From Candidatus Fokinia solitaria (GTDB lineage: Bacteria; Pseudomonadota; Alphaproteobacteria; Rickettsiales; Midichloriaceae), in assembly GCF_003072485.1 (NCBI RefSeq), contig NZ_CP025989.1, positions 780,001 through 812,000 of the forward strand: a stretch of 32,000 nucleotides of DNA. The letters run 5' to 3'. Shown here one piece after another: positions 16,880 through 25,973 of the stretch; within the stretch, counting starts at the first letter, position 1; each line of letters starts with the position of its first letter. A program made the translations under genes and the position numbers. A model generated the notes under the pieces. The model saw only the letters and a list, made by a program, of their open reading frames with translations, ran no database searches and was not told where the DNA came from.

Positions 16880-18382
16880 ATGAGTAGCACGAAATCTCTT
16901 ACAAATGACACATTTCCTAATTTCTTATGCCTTCTCTTCTTCGTCGAAATGTGGGAACGCTTCAGTTATTATGGAATGCGTGCTTTGCTCGTACTATTCT
17001 TGACATCTTACATTGGAGTTACAGATAAAAAAGCGTACGTTATATACTCTCTCTTCGCAGCAATATCGTATGCAGTACCGATCATAGGAGGCTATCTTGC
17101 CGATCGAGTCATGGGATTTAGAAAAATGGTCATAATAGGTGCTCTCGTCATGACATTTGGACATACCGCACTAGCACTCTCTGGCACTGATCTATGCGCA
17201 ATATTTCTTGGATTAAGTTTAATTGGAGTAGGCACAGGGTTATTTAAAGGTAACATCACTAATCTTCTTGGAGAATGTTATCGTCATAAAGAAGAAGATA
17301 GAAGTACAGGCTTTGGATTATTTTATGTAGGAGTCAATGTAGGTTCATTTTTAGCTTCCATTTCATGCGCAATCGTAGCGCATCAATATGGATGGCATTA
17401 CGGCTTTGGATTAGCAGGATTTGGCATGTTATTAGGATTAATAACTTTTATTAAATTTCAATATGTCTTAGGAGATACTGGAAGAAGTCCTATAAATAGC
17501 ACAAAGCTCATGAACATCATGCAATTCTCAGGAGTGATAATTTTCAGTATCATTTTATCTATCATATGCACCGTCTCGTTTGAAAATTCAGAGTTATTTG
17601 TCAACGTGCTGCAATACTTCGGATTTGCTCTCCTTATAATCTTCGGATATATCACGTATAAAACAGATGAACGTTACAGAGAAAATATGTACATTATAGC
17701 GATAATGACAATTTTCTTAATGCTATTCTTCGCATTAGAGATGCAGCTTGGGTCATTGATCAATTTATTCACTGAAAGAAACGTTACTAACAGCATCTTA
17801 GAAATACAAATTCCTGCAGCAATTTCTCAAGCAATTAATCCAATCTCTGTTATTCTATTCGGTCTTTTGTTCAATACCTTCTTTAAGCTACGTAAGTCGT
17901 TAGATACGTTTAGAATGCTGCTGGGAATACTTGCAATTGCAGCATGTTTCTTCATACTTTACTTCGGTTGTATAAATGCTGATACTACAAGCCGCGTGCA
18001 CTATGTATACCTTATAGTGAGTATATCAATCATGGGACTTGGAGAAATTTTCATCGCTCCCGTAGTACAATCATATGTATCCTTACTTGCGCCTCAAAAA
18101 TATAAAGGACTCATTATGGGCATAATGCTACTCTCACTTGCATTTTCTAATTTAGGAGGGGTAGTAATTGCAGAATTTATGTCTATACCACACGATAACG
18201 GAATATCTACAGCATATAAATCTCTTCAGATATATAAAAAGGGATTTTGGGATATAGCTATTTTCAATCTCTACATAGCTATAGCATTTATTCCATTCGG
18301 TCTATATATCCACAGAAAGCTCTCAAAGAGAAACAGCACTAATGAGAGTGATACAAACGATCATAGCGTAAGCACACACTAG
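16880..18382 (+). CDS. Proton-dependent oligopeptide transporter (POT/PTR2 family, MFS), di-/tripeptide permease
   Basis: The PTR2 signature FFVEMWERFSYYGMRALLVLFL is present, followed by GGYLADRVMGFRK. The protein has about 14 hydrophobic segments and is 500 aa. Confidence 0.9.
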   Translation: MSSTKSLTNDTFPNFLCLLFFVEMWERFSYYGMRALLVLFLTSYIGVTDKKAYVIYSLFAAISYAVPIIGGYLADRVMGFRKMVIIGALVMTFGHTALALSGTDLCAIFLGLSLIGVGTGLFKGNITNLLGECYRHKEEDRSTGFGLFYVGVNVGSFLASISCAIVAHQYGWHYGFGLAGFGMLLGLITFIKFQYVLGDTGRSPINSTKLMNIMQFSGVIIFSIILSIICTVSFENSELFVNVLQYFGFALLIIFGYITYKTDERYRENMYIIAIMTIFLMLFFALEMQLGSLINLFTERNVTNSILEIQIPAAISQAINPISVILFGLLFNTFFKLRKSLDTFRMLLGILAIAACFFILYFGCINADTTSRVHYVYLIVSISIMGLGEIFIAPVVQSYVSLLAPQKYKGLIMGIMLLSLAFSNLGGVVIAEFMSIPHDNGISTAYKSLQIYKKGFWDIAIFNLYIAIAFIPFGLYIHRKLSKRNSTNESDTNDHSVSTH

Positions 18383-18608
18383 TAGCTGTAAGTATAGATT
18401 TGAAGAAACGCATTTAATCTATTGTTCTTCATAAAGGGTAGTGATAAGCGCAGAGGACGTATATCGCCATGAATAAAAGAAATGCAAGAGAACTTTTTAG
18501 AGAGGTCATTTTCCACTTTATGAAGCAGTACTATACTCTGTCTTGCCCGCTACTTCCAAACAAAATACACAACTGCTCAAATATTAGGTACGATACGAGA
18601 GATATCAT

Positions 18609-19037
18609 TTAAAAATTGATTACATCGTCATCATTATCATCTTCTGCACCATGTTCCGTCTTTTGCTGATGCCCTACATGTTCTAACTTTAGTAAAGACG
18701 ATGAGTTACTTTGCAATACTATTTCAGTTACGCTTCTCTTCTCGTCCTGGCTACCTTTCCACAATCTTGTATGCACAGAACCTTCTATATACAGCGCATC
18801 TCCTGCACGTACATTCTTTTTTACAAAGCTAACAATCCACGGTACAAATACACAAATCCTGTGATACTCCTTCTTCGTCACTTTAGTTCTATCTCTTGTA
18901 ATCCAGTGCTCTACCGTATACAGGGTAAAGTTTATCACTTCTTTTTCCTCTCCAGTTCTATCAGTTCCTGACGTTTTTCTCACTACAGGATCGCGATCTA
19001 CTATTCCTACTAATGTTATTTTATTCTTTGTTTTCAT
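18609..19037 (-). CDS. ssb: Single-stranded DNA-binding protein
   Basis: The OB-fold pattern is present: NKITLVGIVDRDPVVRK...W...HRICVF...RAGDALYIEGSVHTRLW...TEIVL. The acidic C-terminal tip DDNDDDVINF matches the canonical DDDIPF. The ATG at 19037 is preferred; the 28-codon 5' extension in the ORF track is hydrophobic and not SSB-like. Confidence 0.85.
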   Translation of the reverse strand: MKTKNKITLVGIVDRDPVVRKTSGTDRTGEEKEVINFTLYTVEHWITRDRTKVTKKEYHRICVFVPWIVSFVKKNVRAGDALYIEGSVHTRLWKGSQDEKRSVTEIVLQSNSSSLLKLEHVGHQQKTEHGAEDDNDDDVINF

Positions 19038-19178
19038 GTTACACAGCAACTCACTAAAAGATTTATTGAGTCTGATGGTGTTATGAAAGAAAGTCAATAT
19101 ACAAAATAAAACAAGTGCCACACTTTATACAAAGCAGCATACTTATCTTGAGAGTCTCTATATTAGATAGTGCATGAT

Positions 19179-20834
19179 TTACCTCTTCTCGCGCAGAAAT
19201 TCTATCACATCCGCTCGCATAAAGTTCTGCATTATGTCATCTTCAATAATACCATAGCATGCCAATATTCTATTTATCGATATTGCAGCTCTTCTCAAAG
19301 CATATGGATCTTTAGTGCTAGATGGCTTTATTCCAATTTCAAACATCTCATTAAGAGTATCTAATCTATCACTCAAACTTAATACAATACCTAAAGTAGA
19401 TACAGGTAGCATTGCATCTCCTTTACCTAAGGGGTGATAATGTTCTTTAATTGCCATTACAACATCATCACTCTCTCCATGAAGTTTTGCATAATATGCT
19501 CCTATAATTCCTTGCAATTCTGGAAATTCGCTTACCATTTCCGTAGTTAAGTCCATTTTTGATAAATAGCATGCTCTTTCAATAGAATACGACTCTACTG
19601 TAGTAGCAAAGTAGTGCTTAATTTTATCATAGAGTTGCATGCCGATGTTTTTCATTCTTTCAACTTTCTGATACATTGAGCCTATTTTTTCATGAAACAT
19701 TAGCCCCTTTAACTTATCAATTAGTACATCAAGCGATGTGTTGCATTCTTTAAGAAAAATGAAGCGCGCATCTTCTAATCTTGCTTGTACCACTTTCTCG
19801 TTACCTCGAATGACACTATCTACATCATAGTGTGCTGAAGCTATATCATTCACTATAATAAAGTATGGGGCAATTTCTCCTTCACTCTTGTATTGTAGCA
19901 TCATACATCTTTGATGATGCTTAACAGTCGTGATTAACACTTCCCTCGGTAACGACATGTATTTCTCTGATATTGTACCAAGCAATACACTAGGAAATTC
20001 AGTCATTGCGCTATTTGTGTGCAGAAGCATTTCATCTTCTATCATTACGGTAGAATCAGGTATAATAGCTGATATGTTCTCTCTAATACGACTCACACGT
20101 TCCATGCTCGACACAATTACACCATATTTTTTCAAGATATTCGCATAATCAGAAGCGTGAGATATTGTAATACATTCGCCAAAGTAATTTCCTACAAGAT
20201 TATCAATACCACTCTGTAATGTCGTAATAGGGGGGATATATCCATCATGCCGTTCACTATATATTCTATGTCCAACTGTTTTATTAGACGAATGCAAATG
20301 TCCGAACGTGAATGGTATCACATCTTCATTGTACATACATAATACCGAATATAGAGGCCTTACCCACTCTATTTCATAACTCCCCCATTTCATTGATTTC
20401 TCCCATCTATATGAAAGAATTGCATCGCGTATTATAATACCGAGATTTTTCAAGATCTCCTTTTTGCCACATATTTTCTGATGATATACATAATTCACAC
20501 CATCTTCTATCAAATCAGCCTTATTCGTTATCTCATGCTTTTTCATGAAAGCGGCAAGTATTTTATCATCGCAATCAATCTTCGGTCCTTTAATAATACT
20601 CTTGATTAAAACAAGTTCTGAATGAAGATCCGGTAAATTGTTGATAAATAATCCTATTCTTCTAGCAGAATACAAATCGTACGATACAATGATATCTTCT
20701 TTGCAGAAGTTGTTGTAATTCTTGTAATAGAGTGTCACAGCGTCCACTACGTTTTTACCTATTTCCTCTGTAGCTTTTTTCTGCATACTCATCGGTATTT
20801 CACCGGATAAAAGCTCTAGTAACAAAGCAGCCAT
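19179..20834 (-). CDS. glyS: Glycine--tRNA ligase beta subunit, unusually short (551 aa)
   Basis: The N-terminus is LLLELLSGEIP. The central region has GNEKVVQARLEDARFIF and MFHEKIGSMYQKVER. KDPYALRRAAISINRIL lies about 40 aa before the stop. In E. coli GlyS, recalled from memory, the equivalent DPFALRRAA motif lies about 190 aa before the C-terminus. Confidence 0.85.
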   Translation of the reverse strand: MAALLLELLSGEIPMSMQKKATEEIGKNVVDAVTLYYKNYNNFCKEDIIVSYDLYSARRIGLFINNLPDLHSELVLIKSIIKGPKIDCDDKILAAFMKKHEITNKADLIEDGVNYVYHQKICGKKEILKNLGIIIRDAILSYRWEKSMKWGSYEIEWVRPLYSVLCMYNEDVIPFTFGHLHSSNKTVGHRIYSERHDGYIPPITTLQSGIDNLVGNYFGECITISHASDYANILKKYGVIVSSMERVSRIRENISAIIPDSTVMIEDEMLLHTNSAMTEFPSVLLGTISEKYMSLPREVLITTVKHHQRCMMLQYKSEGEIAPYFIIVNDIASAHYDVDSVIRGNEKVVQARLEDARFIFLKECNTSLDVLIDKLKGLMFHEKIGSMYQKVERMKNIGMQLYDKIKHYFATTVESYSIERACYLSKMDLTTEMVSEFPELQGIIGAYYAKLHGESDDVVMAIKEHYHPLGKGDAMLPVSTLGIVLSLSDRLDTLNEMFEIGIKPSSTKDPYALRRAAISINRILACYGIIEDDIMQNFMRADVIEFLREKR

Positions 20835-20945
20835 GTATCTTCGTAAATATAATACGGATTCTACTTAGATACCATTTTCTACATTCGATGTCATACAATA
20901 TTTCCAAGACTTCGTGTGTTAGCATCAAGCAGTTAAGCGACGCTT

Positions 20946-21620
20946 TTATCTAATAAAAGATATCACGTAGTTGGAATCTATCTTATCATGGAGAAGCCAA
21001 CTTTTTTTAATAAAATCATATTGCATGCCGTGAACATCAGAGATTCGATATGATGGATACATAATATCTACTAACTCCGAAGGCTTGACGTAATTACACC
21101 AATTATGAGTACCTCTAGGTACAAAATTCAAGACGTACTCTCCTAAAAGAATAGTCTTGATGTATGAAAGCACTGTTCTATTGATGGAAGAGATAATGAC
21201 AAGCTTTGCTATACTATCTCTCACTTTTTGTAATAAGATCTTCCACTCATCTATATGCTCTATACTTTCCATCATCAATATCACATCGAAGCAGCGCGCA
21301 GTATCAAAGAAAGTCACAGCACTTTCGCATATAAAATCAACTGCTACATTCTCCTTCTTCGCTAACTTTGCAGCGTAAAAAACGGCTTTCTCACCATTAT
21401 CTACTCCAGTTACATTCATGCCAAGCTTCGCAAGTGGCACGGATAAAATACCACCTCCACAACCTAAGTCCAATACCTTTAATCCTTTCAATGCAGGAAA
21501 AAACTTTCGTAATGTCTGTACTATATACTCTAACCTTACTACATTCATGCGATGGAGCATTTCGAATGCACCATCGCTTTTTTCCCATTCTTGAGCGATA
21601 TCGTCTAAATAGTTGTACAT
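20946..21620 (-). CDS. ubiG: Ubiquinone biosynthesis O-methyltransferase (3-demethylubiquinol 3-O-methyltransferase)
   Basis: LHRMNVVRLEYI, the SAM motif KVLDLGCGGGILSVPLAKLGMNVTGVD, MMESIEHI, VPRGTHNW..YVKPSEL and W.L....D.NY at the C-terminus track E. coli UbiG along the whole length. Confidence 0.85.
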   Translation of the reverse strand: MYNYLDDIAQEWEKSDGAFEMLHRMNVVRLEYIVQTLRKFFPALKGLKVLDLGCGGGILSVPLAKLGMNVTGVDNGEKAVFYAAKLAKKENVAVDFICESAVTFFDTARCFDVILMMESIEHIDEWKILLQKVRDSIAKLVIISSINRTVLSYIKTILLGEYVLNFVPRGTHNWCNYVKPSELVDIMYPSYRISDVHGMQYDFIKKSWLLHDKIDSNYVISFIR

Positions 21621-21648
21621 TGCATCACTTCAAACACTAACGTCATAT

Positions 21649-23049
21649 TTAAAACATCGCCAACGCGCGTATTCCAAATGTATAACTTACCTGATGCGCT
21701 GTTTGTCCATCTACTTTCATTCTTACAGTATCGTTATACGTAGCTTGATATTGAGCATACTGATTATTACTACCTTCATATACATAGTATGAATAGCCAT
21801 TACTATTTCCTTGCATAGGTGTAGTGCCTACATTCGAAAATACCGCTTCTTTTGTATTGGTATTATTCAACTCAGAACAATCTGCAATCTCACAACTACC
21901 ACTGCTTGGCGCATATGTATACTGAGCTGGTACTGCATTTACGCTTACCGTATTAGTACTACGTGATAATTTAGCACCAGGAGAGACGTATTGATTATCG
22001 GAGCTGAAAGTTATAGGTGATGTCGCATTTATAGTGCCGAATATTTCTAGCTGTATATTACCAAATTTTGTTGCAAAACCTCCAGTCAACGCAGTCACTA
22101 TACGCAGATCGTCAGGCGTAGTAATCTTTTCTTCAACGTAATCAGCTATCGATTCTTGTACTACCGTTTCGTTTCCAGAAAAAGCAACAGCGCCATACTC
22201 TCCAGAAATGCAACCACTAGCTGAATACGTGCAAGTAGGTTGCGTTGTAAAGAATGCTCCGCAGCCTGCGCCTGTACAGTACTCAGTAGTACTTCCATTA
22301 TCAGACCAACATGTTGAAGGTGTACTTACCGAACCAATTGCGCATCCTTGCACTGCTGATGCCGGAGTACAAGTGTTACTTGGAGAGCTATAACTGATTG
22401 TGCCAGCAGTGCTAGTACACGTACCACTTGCAGAGCTTATTCCAGAACATACCGAAGTAGCATTCACATACTCAGTTTGCCCTAACGCGGATACTACAAA
22501 TGATACATCTTCTCCACTCGGTGCATTCCATCCGTTATCAATAGCTTTAGCGGTAATATCAGTAATCTTTCCGCTACTATCCATAACTTTTATGCCAGAG
22601 ATCTCATATGTCTGATCCAATATTCCTATCGTTACTCCAACAAACGGCTTTATTTTCCTTTGACCGAAATACTTATTCACTCCAATACTCGTTGTAAAGC
22701 TGTTCACCGACAGCTGCTTGGCAAAGGTAAGCGCTTCACTTTCTACTTCATTATTGAAAAAATCTATCCCTATAAATGCTCCGAGCGAGCCAAACATACG
22801 ACCTACTCCAAATGTAAGACCAGGAGAGGCAACATAGTCATTTGTCACCTGTTCGATTTCACTATCTCTAGTACGTGTAGCAGTTGTATATTTCAGATTG
22901 TTATCCAGTTCTATTGCTGGTGTAAAGTTTACTATACCTCCGCCAAAAGCAAAATTCTTCCTCACTTCTGAAAGAGAATCTTGGATACTGATAGCTGAAA
23001 CAGCATTAAACGGCAATAGTAATAATAAAAGTAATCCTACGACGTACAT
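21649..23049 (-). CDS. Outer-membrane beta-barrel surface protein with a Cys/Ser/Thr/Gly-rich central insert
   Basis: It has a signal peptide (LLLLLLPFNAVSA|IS) and alternating amphipathic beta-strand segments (LTFGVGRMFGSLGAFIGIDFF, KPFVGVTIGI). The C-terminus YTFGIRALAMF ends in Phe, as in barrel OMPs. Residues about 201-280 contain 9 Cys in S/T/G-rich sequence. Confidence 0.7.
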   Translation of the reverse strand: MYVVGLLLLLLLPFNAVSAISIQDSLSEVRKNFAFGGGIVNFTPAIELDNNLKYTTATRTRDSEIEQVTNDYVASPGLTFGVGRMFGSLGAFIGIDFFNNEVESEALTFAKQLSVNSFTTSIGVNKYFGQRKIKPFVGVTIGILDQTYEISGIKVMDSSGKITDITAKAIDNGWNAPSGEDVSFVVSALGQTEYVNATSVCSGISSASGTCTSTAGTISYSSPSNTCTPASAVQGCAIGSVSTPSTCWSDNGSTTEYCTGAGCGAFFTTQPTCTYSASGCISGEYGAVAFSGNETVVQESIADYVEEKITTPDDLRIVTALTGGFATKFGNIQLEIFGTINATSPITFSSDNQYVSPGAKLSRSTNTVSVNAVPAQYTYAPSSGSCEIADCSELNNTNTKEAVFSNVGTTPMQGNSNGYSYYVYEGSNNQYAQYQATYNDTVRMKVDGQTAHQVSYTFGIRALAMF

Positions 23050-23172
23050 AAAAAATTGCTAAATAAATACTTATAACTCAAGAATAAAAGTAATAAATAA
23101 AAAAGAAAAGAAAAATTATACGCACATAATTGAATGACAGTAAAATTTATAATACATACTGCATTTTGCACT

Positions 23173-24168
23173 CTATTTAGTGCACTTATTTAATACGCGC
23201 AGTACATTTTTTATAATTTCCTTCTCTTTTGGCAAAGTCGCTATCTCTAGGTTTTCCGCATACGGAAGTGGTATGTCTACACTAGCTACGCGACACGGAG
23301 GCGAATCAAGAAAATCAAAAGCGTGCTCAAGTACGCTCATACTGATCTCAGCACCAATACCGCATTTTGCCCATCCTTCTTCTACTGTCACAAGATTATT
23401 AGTCTTTTTTACTGAATTAATTATCGTTGCGGTATCTATAGGACGCAACGTAATGAGATCGATAACTTCGCATGATACACCGTATTCTGTTTGAAGAATT
23501 TCGCTAGCGCGTAAAGCTCTTCCAACTTGAATGGAAAACGTCACTATCGTAATATCCGTTCCCTGTCTTACTACTCTAGCCTCTCCTATTTTTGGAGGTA
23601 TATAGTCTTCTAATACGGCATGTTCTTCATTATAAAGAATTTCATTTTCTAGAAATACAACAGGATTTTTATCTTCTACCGAAGCCTGTATTAGAGCTTC
23701 AAAATCGTACGAGAAATACGGTGCAATCACCTTTAATCCTGGAATGTGCGCATACCATGCTGCATAACATTGCGAATGCTGCGCTGCCACTCTAGATGCC
23801 GCACCATTTGGCCCTCTAAATACAATCGGACATGTAATAGTACCTCCTGACATGTAATGCAATTTTGCGCATGAATTTATAATCTGATCCATCGCTTGCA
23901 TTGCGAAGTTGAAAGTCATGAATTCCACTATAGGCGCCAATCCACTCATCGCCATCCCTGCGCCAATACCTGCAAAACCATGTTCTGTTATCGGTGTATC
24001 TATTACTCTTTCTTTGCCAAATTCTTGAAGGAGTCCGCTGCTCACTTTGTAAGCGCCTTGATATTCTCCTACTTCTTCTCCAAGCAGCACAACATTGCAG
24101 TCATTACGCATACTCTTAGCAATACCATCTCTTATGGATTCTCTGACAGATTTCATGGAGTGAGTCAT
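23173..24168 (-). CDS. pdhB: Pyruvate dehydrogenase E1 component, beta subunit
   Basis: LLGEEVGEYQGAYKVSSGLLQEFGKERVIDTPITEHGFAGIG, FMTFNFAMQAMDQIINSAAK-like sequence, RGPNGAA and VVFLENE are present. Length is 331 aa. No pdhA is adjacent. Confidence 0.95.
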   Translation of the reverse strand: MTHSMKSVRESIRDGIAKSMRNDCNVVLLGEEVGEYQGAYKVSSGLLQEFGKERVIDTPITEHGFAGIGAGMAMSGLAPIVEFMTFNFAMQAMDQIINSCAKLHYMSGGTITCPIVFRGPNGAASRVAAQHSQCYAAWYAHIPGLKVIAPYFSYDFEALIQASVEDKNPVVFLENEILYNEEHAVLEDYIPPKIGEARVVRQGTDITIVTFSIQVGRALRASEILQTEYGVSCEVIDLITLRPIDTATIINSVKKTNNLVTVEEGWAKCGIGAEISMSVLEHAFDFLDSPPCRVASVDIPLPYAENLEIATLPKEKEIIKNVLRVLNKCTK

Positions 24169-24219
24169 AAGATCTCAAAAAAACTTAGTTAAAGTAGCAA
24201 AATAACCGAGAAATTCAAC

Positions 24220-25218
24220 TTAATAGTCTATGTTATGAAGCTTTCCCCTAAACGCAATATGCACTACCATCGTATAAATTAAAAGCAGAGGCACAAATAT
24301 CAGCGCTGATATCAATATTGCTATAAGAGATTTTTCATGCGCAGCACCATCTACAAGTAGAATACTGTACGGAGAAATATACGGATATACTACCATTGCA
24401 GAAAAAATAAAGAATGCCGCAAAGAAACAAAACATAGACACCAAGAATAGAAAATTACTCCAGCGATATAGCAGACGCTGCATATACACAGCAAGGAAAC
24501 CGCAAATAAAGTTTAGCATAATAGGAATAGCACTATAATAGCCAAGCTTTAGCAATCTTCCAAACATTACTTCATCTTCATGAAACAATATTGCGTATGC
24601 TAACATTGAAAATAATGCAAAACCATACAATAAGCCACTAACGTCATTTTCAATCTTTCGAGGATACTCACTACTCACTCTTATCTTCTGCGTAAGAGAT
24701 ATCCACATCTCTCCTAAAGCAGAGAACCCCATTATAAACGCCATCCCTCCCGCACAACAACTGACAAATTGCGTTATACCGTTACTGAATCCACTAATAT
24801 AGTAGAATATCATATGCCCCATAGTAAAACTCATTCCAAACGAGGATATCATGAAGATATTACTCCACAATGAATAGTATGATGTTTTTAGCCGTAATTC
24901 AAAGGATACACCACGTAATATGAGGAGGAAAAGTAGCATAAATACATGAATGTAAAGCTTTCCTAATATCTCGCCATGCGCTTGAGGAAAAGCTATTGTA
25001 ATAAGTCCTACCCATAACACTAGCCATGTTTCATTAGCATCCCAAAAGGGCGCAATCGAACCAATGATGCTATCTCTTTTAGCGCGAGACTTATAGCGCA
25101 CAAGCAGCATGCCTACTCCTAAGTCGCAACCATCAAGCATGCAGTACATATATAGCGCTAACGTTACAAGAAATCCAAAAATATCAGCAAGATGATTCTG
25201 CAGTATATATGCGATCAT
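24220..25218 (-). CDS. cydB: Cytochrome bd ubiquinol oxidase subunit II
   Basis: MLDGCDLGVGMLL, SIAPFWDANETWLVL, multiple transmembrane segments and the C-terminus ...VPLLLIYTMVVHIAFRGKL parallel E. coli CydB. No cydA lies upstream. Confidence 0.9.
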   Translation of the reverse strand: MIAYILQNHLADIFGFLVTLALYMYCMLDGCDLGVGMLLVRYKSRAKRDSIIGSIAPFWDANETWLVLWVGLITIAFPQAHGEILGKLYIHVFMLLFLLILRGVSFELRLKTSYYSLWSNIFMISSFGMSFTMGHMIFYYISGFSNGITQFVSCCAGGMAFIMGFSALGEMWISLTQKIRVSSEYPRKIENDVSGLLYGFALFSMLAYAILFHEDEVMFGRLLKLGYYSAIPIMLNFICGFLAVYMQRLLYRWSNFLFLVSMFCFFAAFFIFSAMVVYPYISPYSILLVDGAAHEKSLIAILISALIFVPLLLIYTMVVHIAFRGKLHNIDY

Positions 25219-25225
25219 ATGCTAA

Positions 25226-25885
25226 TTATTTAATTAATTTTTTATCGATCATCTCAAGTGATAATTCACTTTTTAACGGCGCGCCATTAAGTATCAAGTA
25301 TGGCGTATATTCTATCTTCAAGTCTTGCTTTCCTTGAAAAGACTGCTTTATTACTCTTCGTTTAAATAAATCACTTGATTTACAGTGCTCTATCTTACTT
25401 TTCGAGATATTATTAAACTCCAGTATTGAAATCATTTTCTTTTTATAGTCTCCAAAAAGCCAGGAAAGTTGATTCTTGTATAATACATCTATCACTCTGA
25501 AATAGAGATCATAATCATCATGACCAATACATAATGAAAGTGCTGCAGCATCAAGAGACTGCGCATCAAGCGGAAACGGACGATATATGTACAGCATCTT
25601 ACCAGTTTTGACGTACTTCTCTAATATCTGAGTAAATAAAGAAGCATGGTAGTGCGCACAATGAGGACAAGTAAGTGAAGAATATTCTATCATCACATTC
25701 TTCGCTTTCAGATTTCCGATGTAATAGTCATCATGCATTTTACTCAGCAACGGAGAATCAGTCACTATAGCATTGTCTTTTACTGGCGCATTTACAACAG
25801 AGTAAGTATTACTATATGGAAAAAGAAGACATATAAGACAGAATATGAACGTCAAAAAGCAATGTAAATCCCTTGAAAAAAGCAT
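25226..25885 (-). CDS. DsbA-family periplasmic thiol:disulfide oxidoreductase
   Basis: It has a signal peptide (CFLTFIFCLICLLFPYSNTYS) and a thioredoxin-fold active site, SSLTCPHCAHYH. Its stop is 8 nt upstream of the cydB start, on the same strand. Confidence 0.75.
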   Translation of the reverse strand: MLFSRDLHCFLTFIFCLICLLFPYSNTYSVVNAPVKDNAIVTDSPLLSKMHDDYYIGNLKAKNVMIEYSSLTCPHCAHYHASLFTQILEKYVKTGKMLYIYRPFPLDAQSLDAAALSLCIGHDDYDLYFRVIDVLYKNQLSWLFGDYKKKMISILEFNNISKSKIEHCKSSDLFKRRVIKQSFQGKQDLKIEYTPYLILNGAPLKSELSLEMIDKKLIK

Positions 25886-25973
25886 ACTTCGAGATAAAGC
25901 GCCATTAATACTAAGTAACAGTATCTAAACTCTAAACAGGAAATTCAATAGAAATTTCTCATTTATAACTTTA

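Noticed and set aside
18469-18612. 47-codon ORF (MNKRNARELFREVIFHFMKQYY...) in the 226-bp POT-ssb spacer
   Set aside because: It is short, with no recognisable motif or obvious RBS, and it runs into the ssb stop region on the opposite strand. The support is insufficient.
22208-22971. Three plus-strand ORFs (22208..22393, 22400..22615, 22660..22971) opposite the OMP gene, with analogous ORFs opposite pdhB (23180..24192), ubiG (21157..21640), xerD (27660..28064) and tig (29434..30261)
   Set aside because: They are antisense shadows of well-supported genes and carry no independent evidence.
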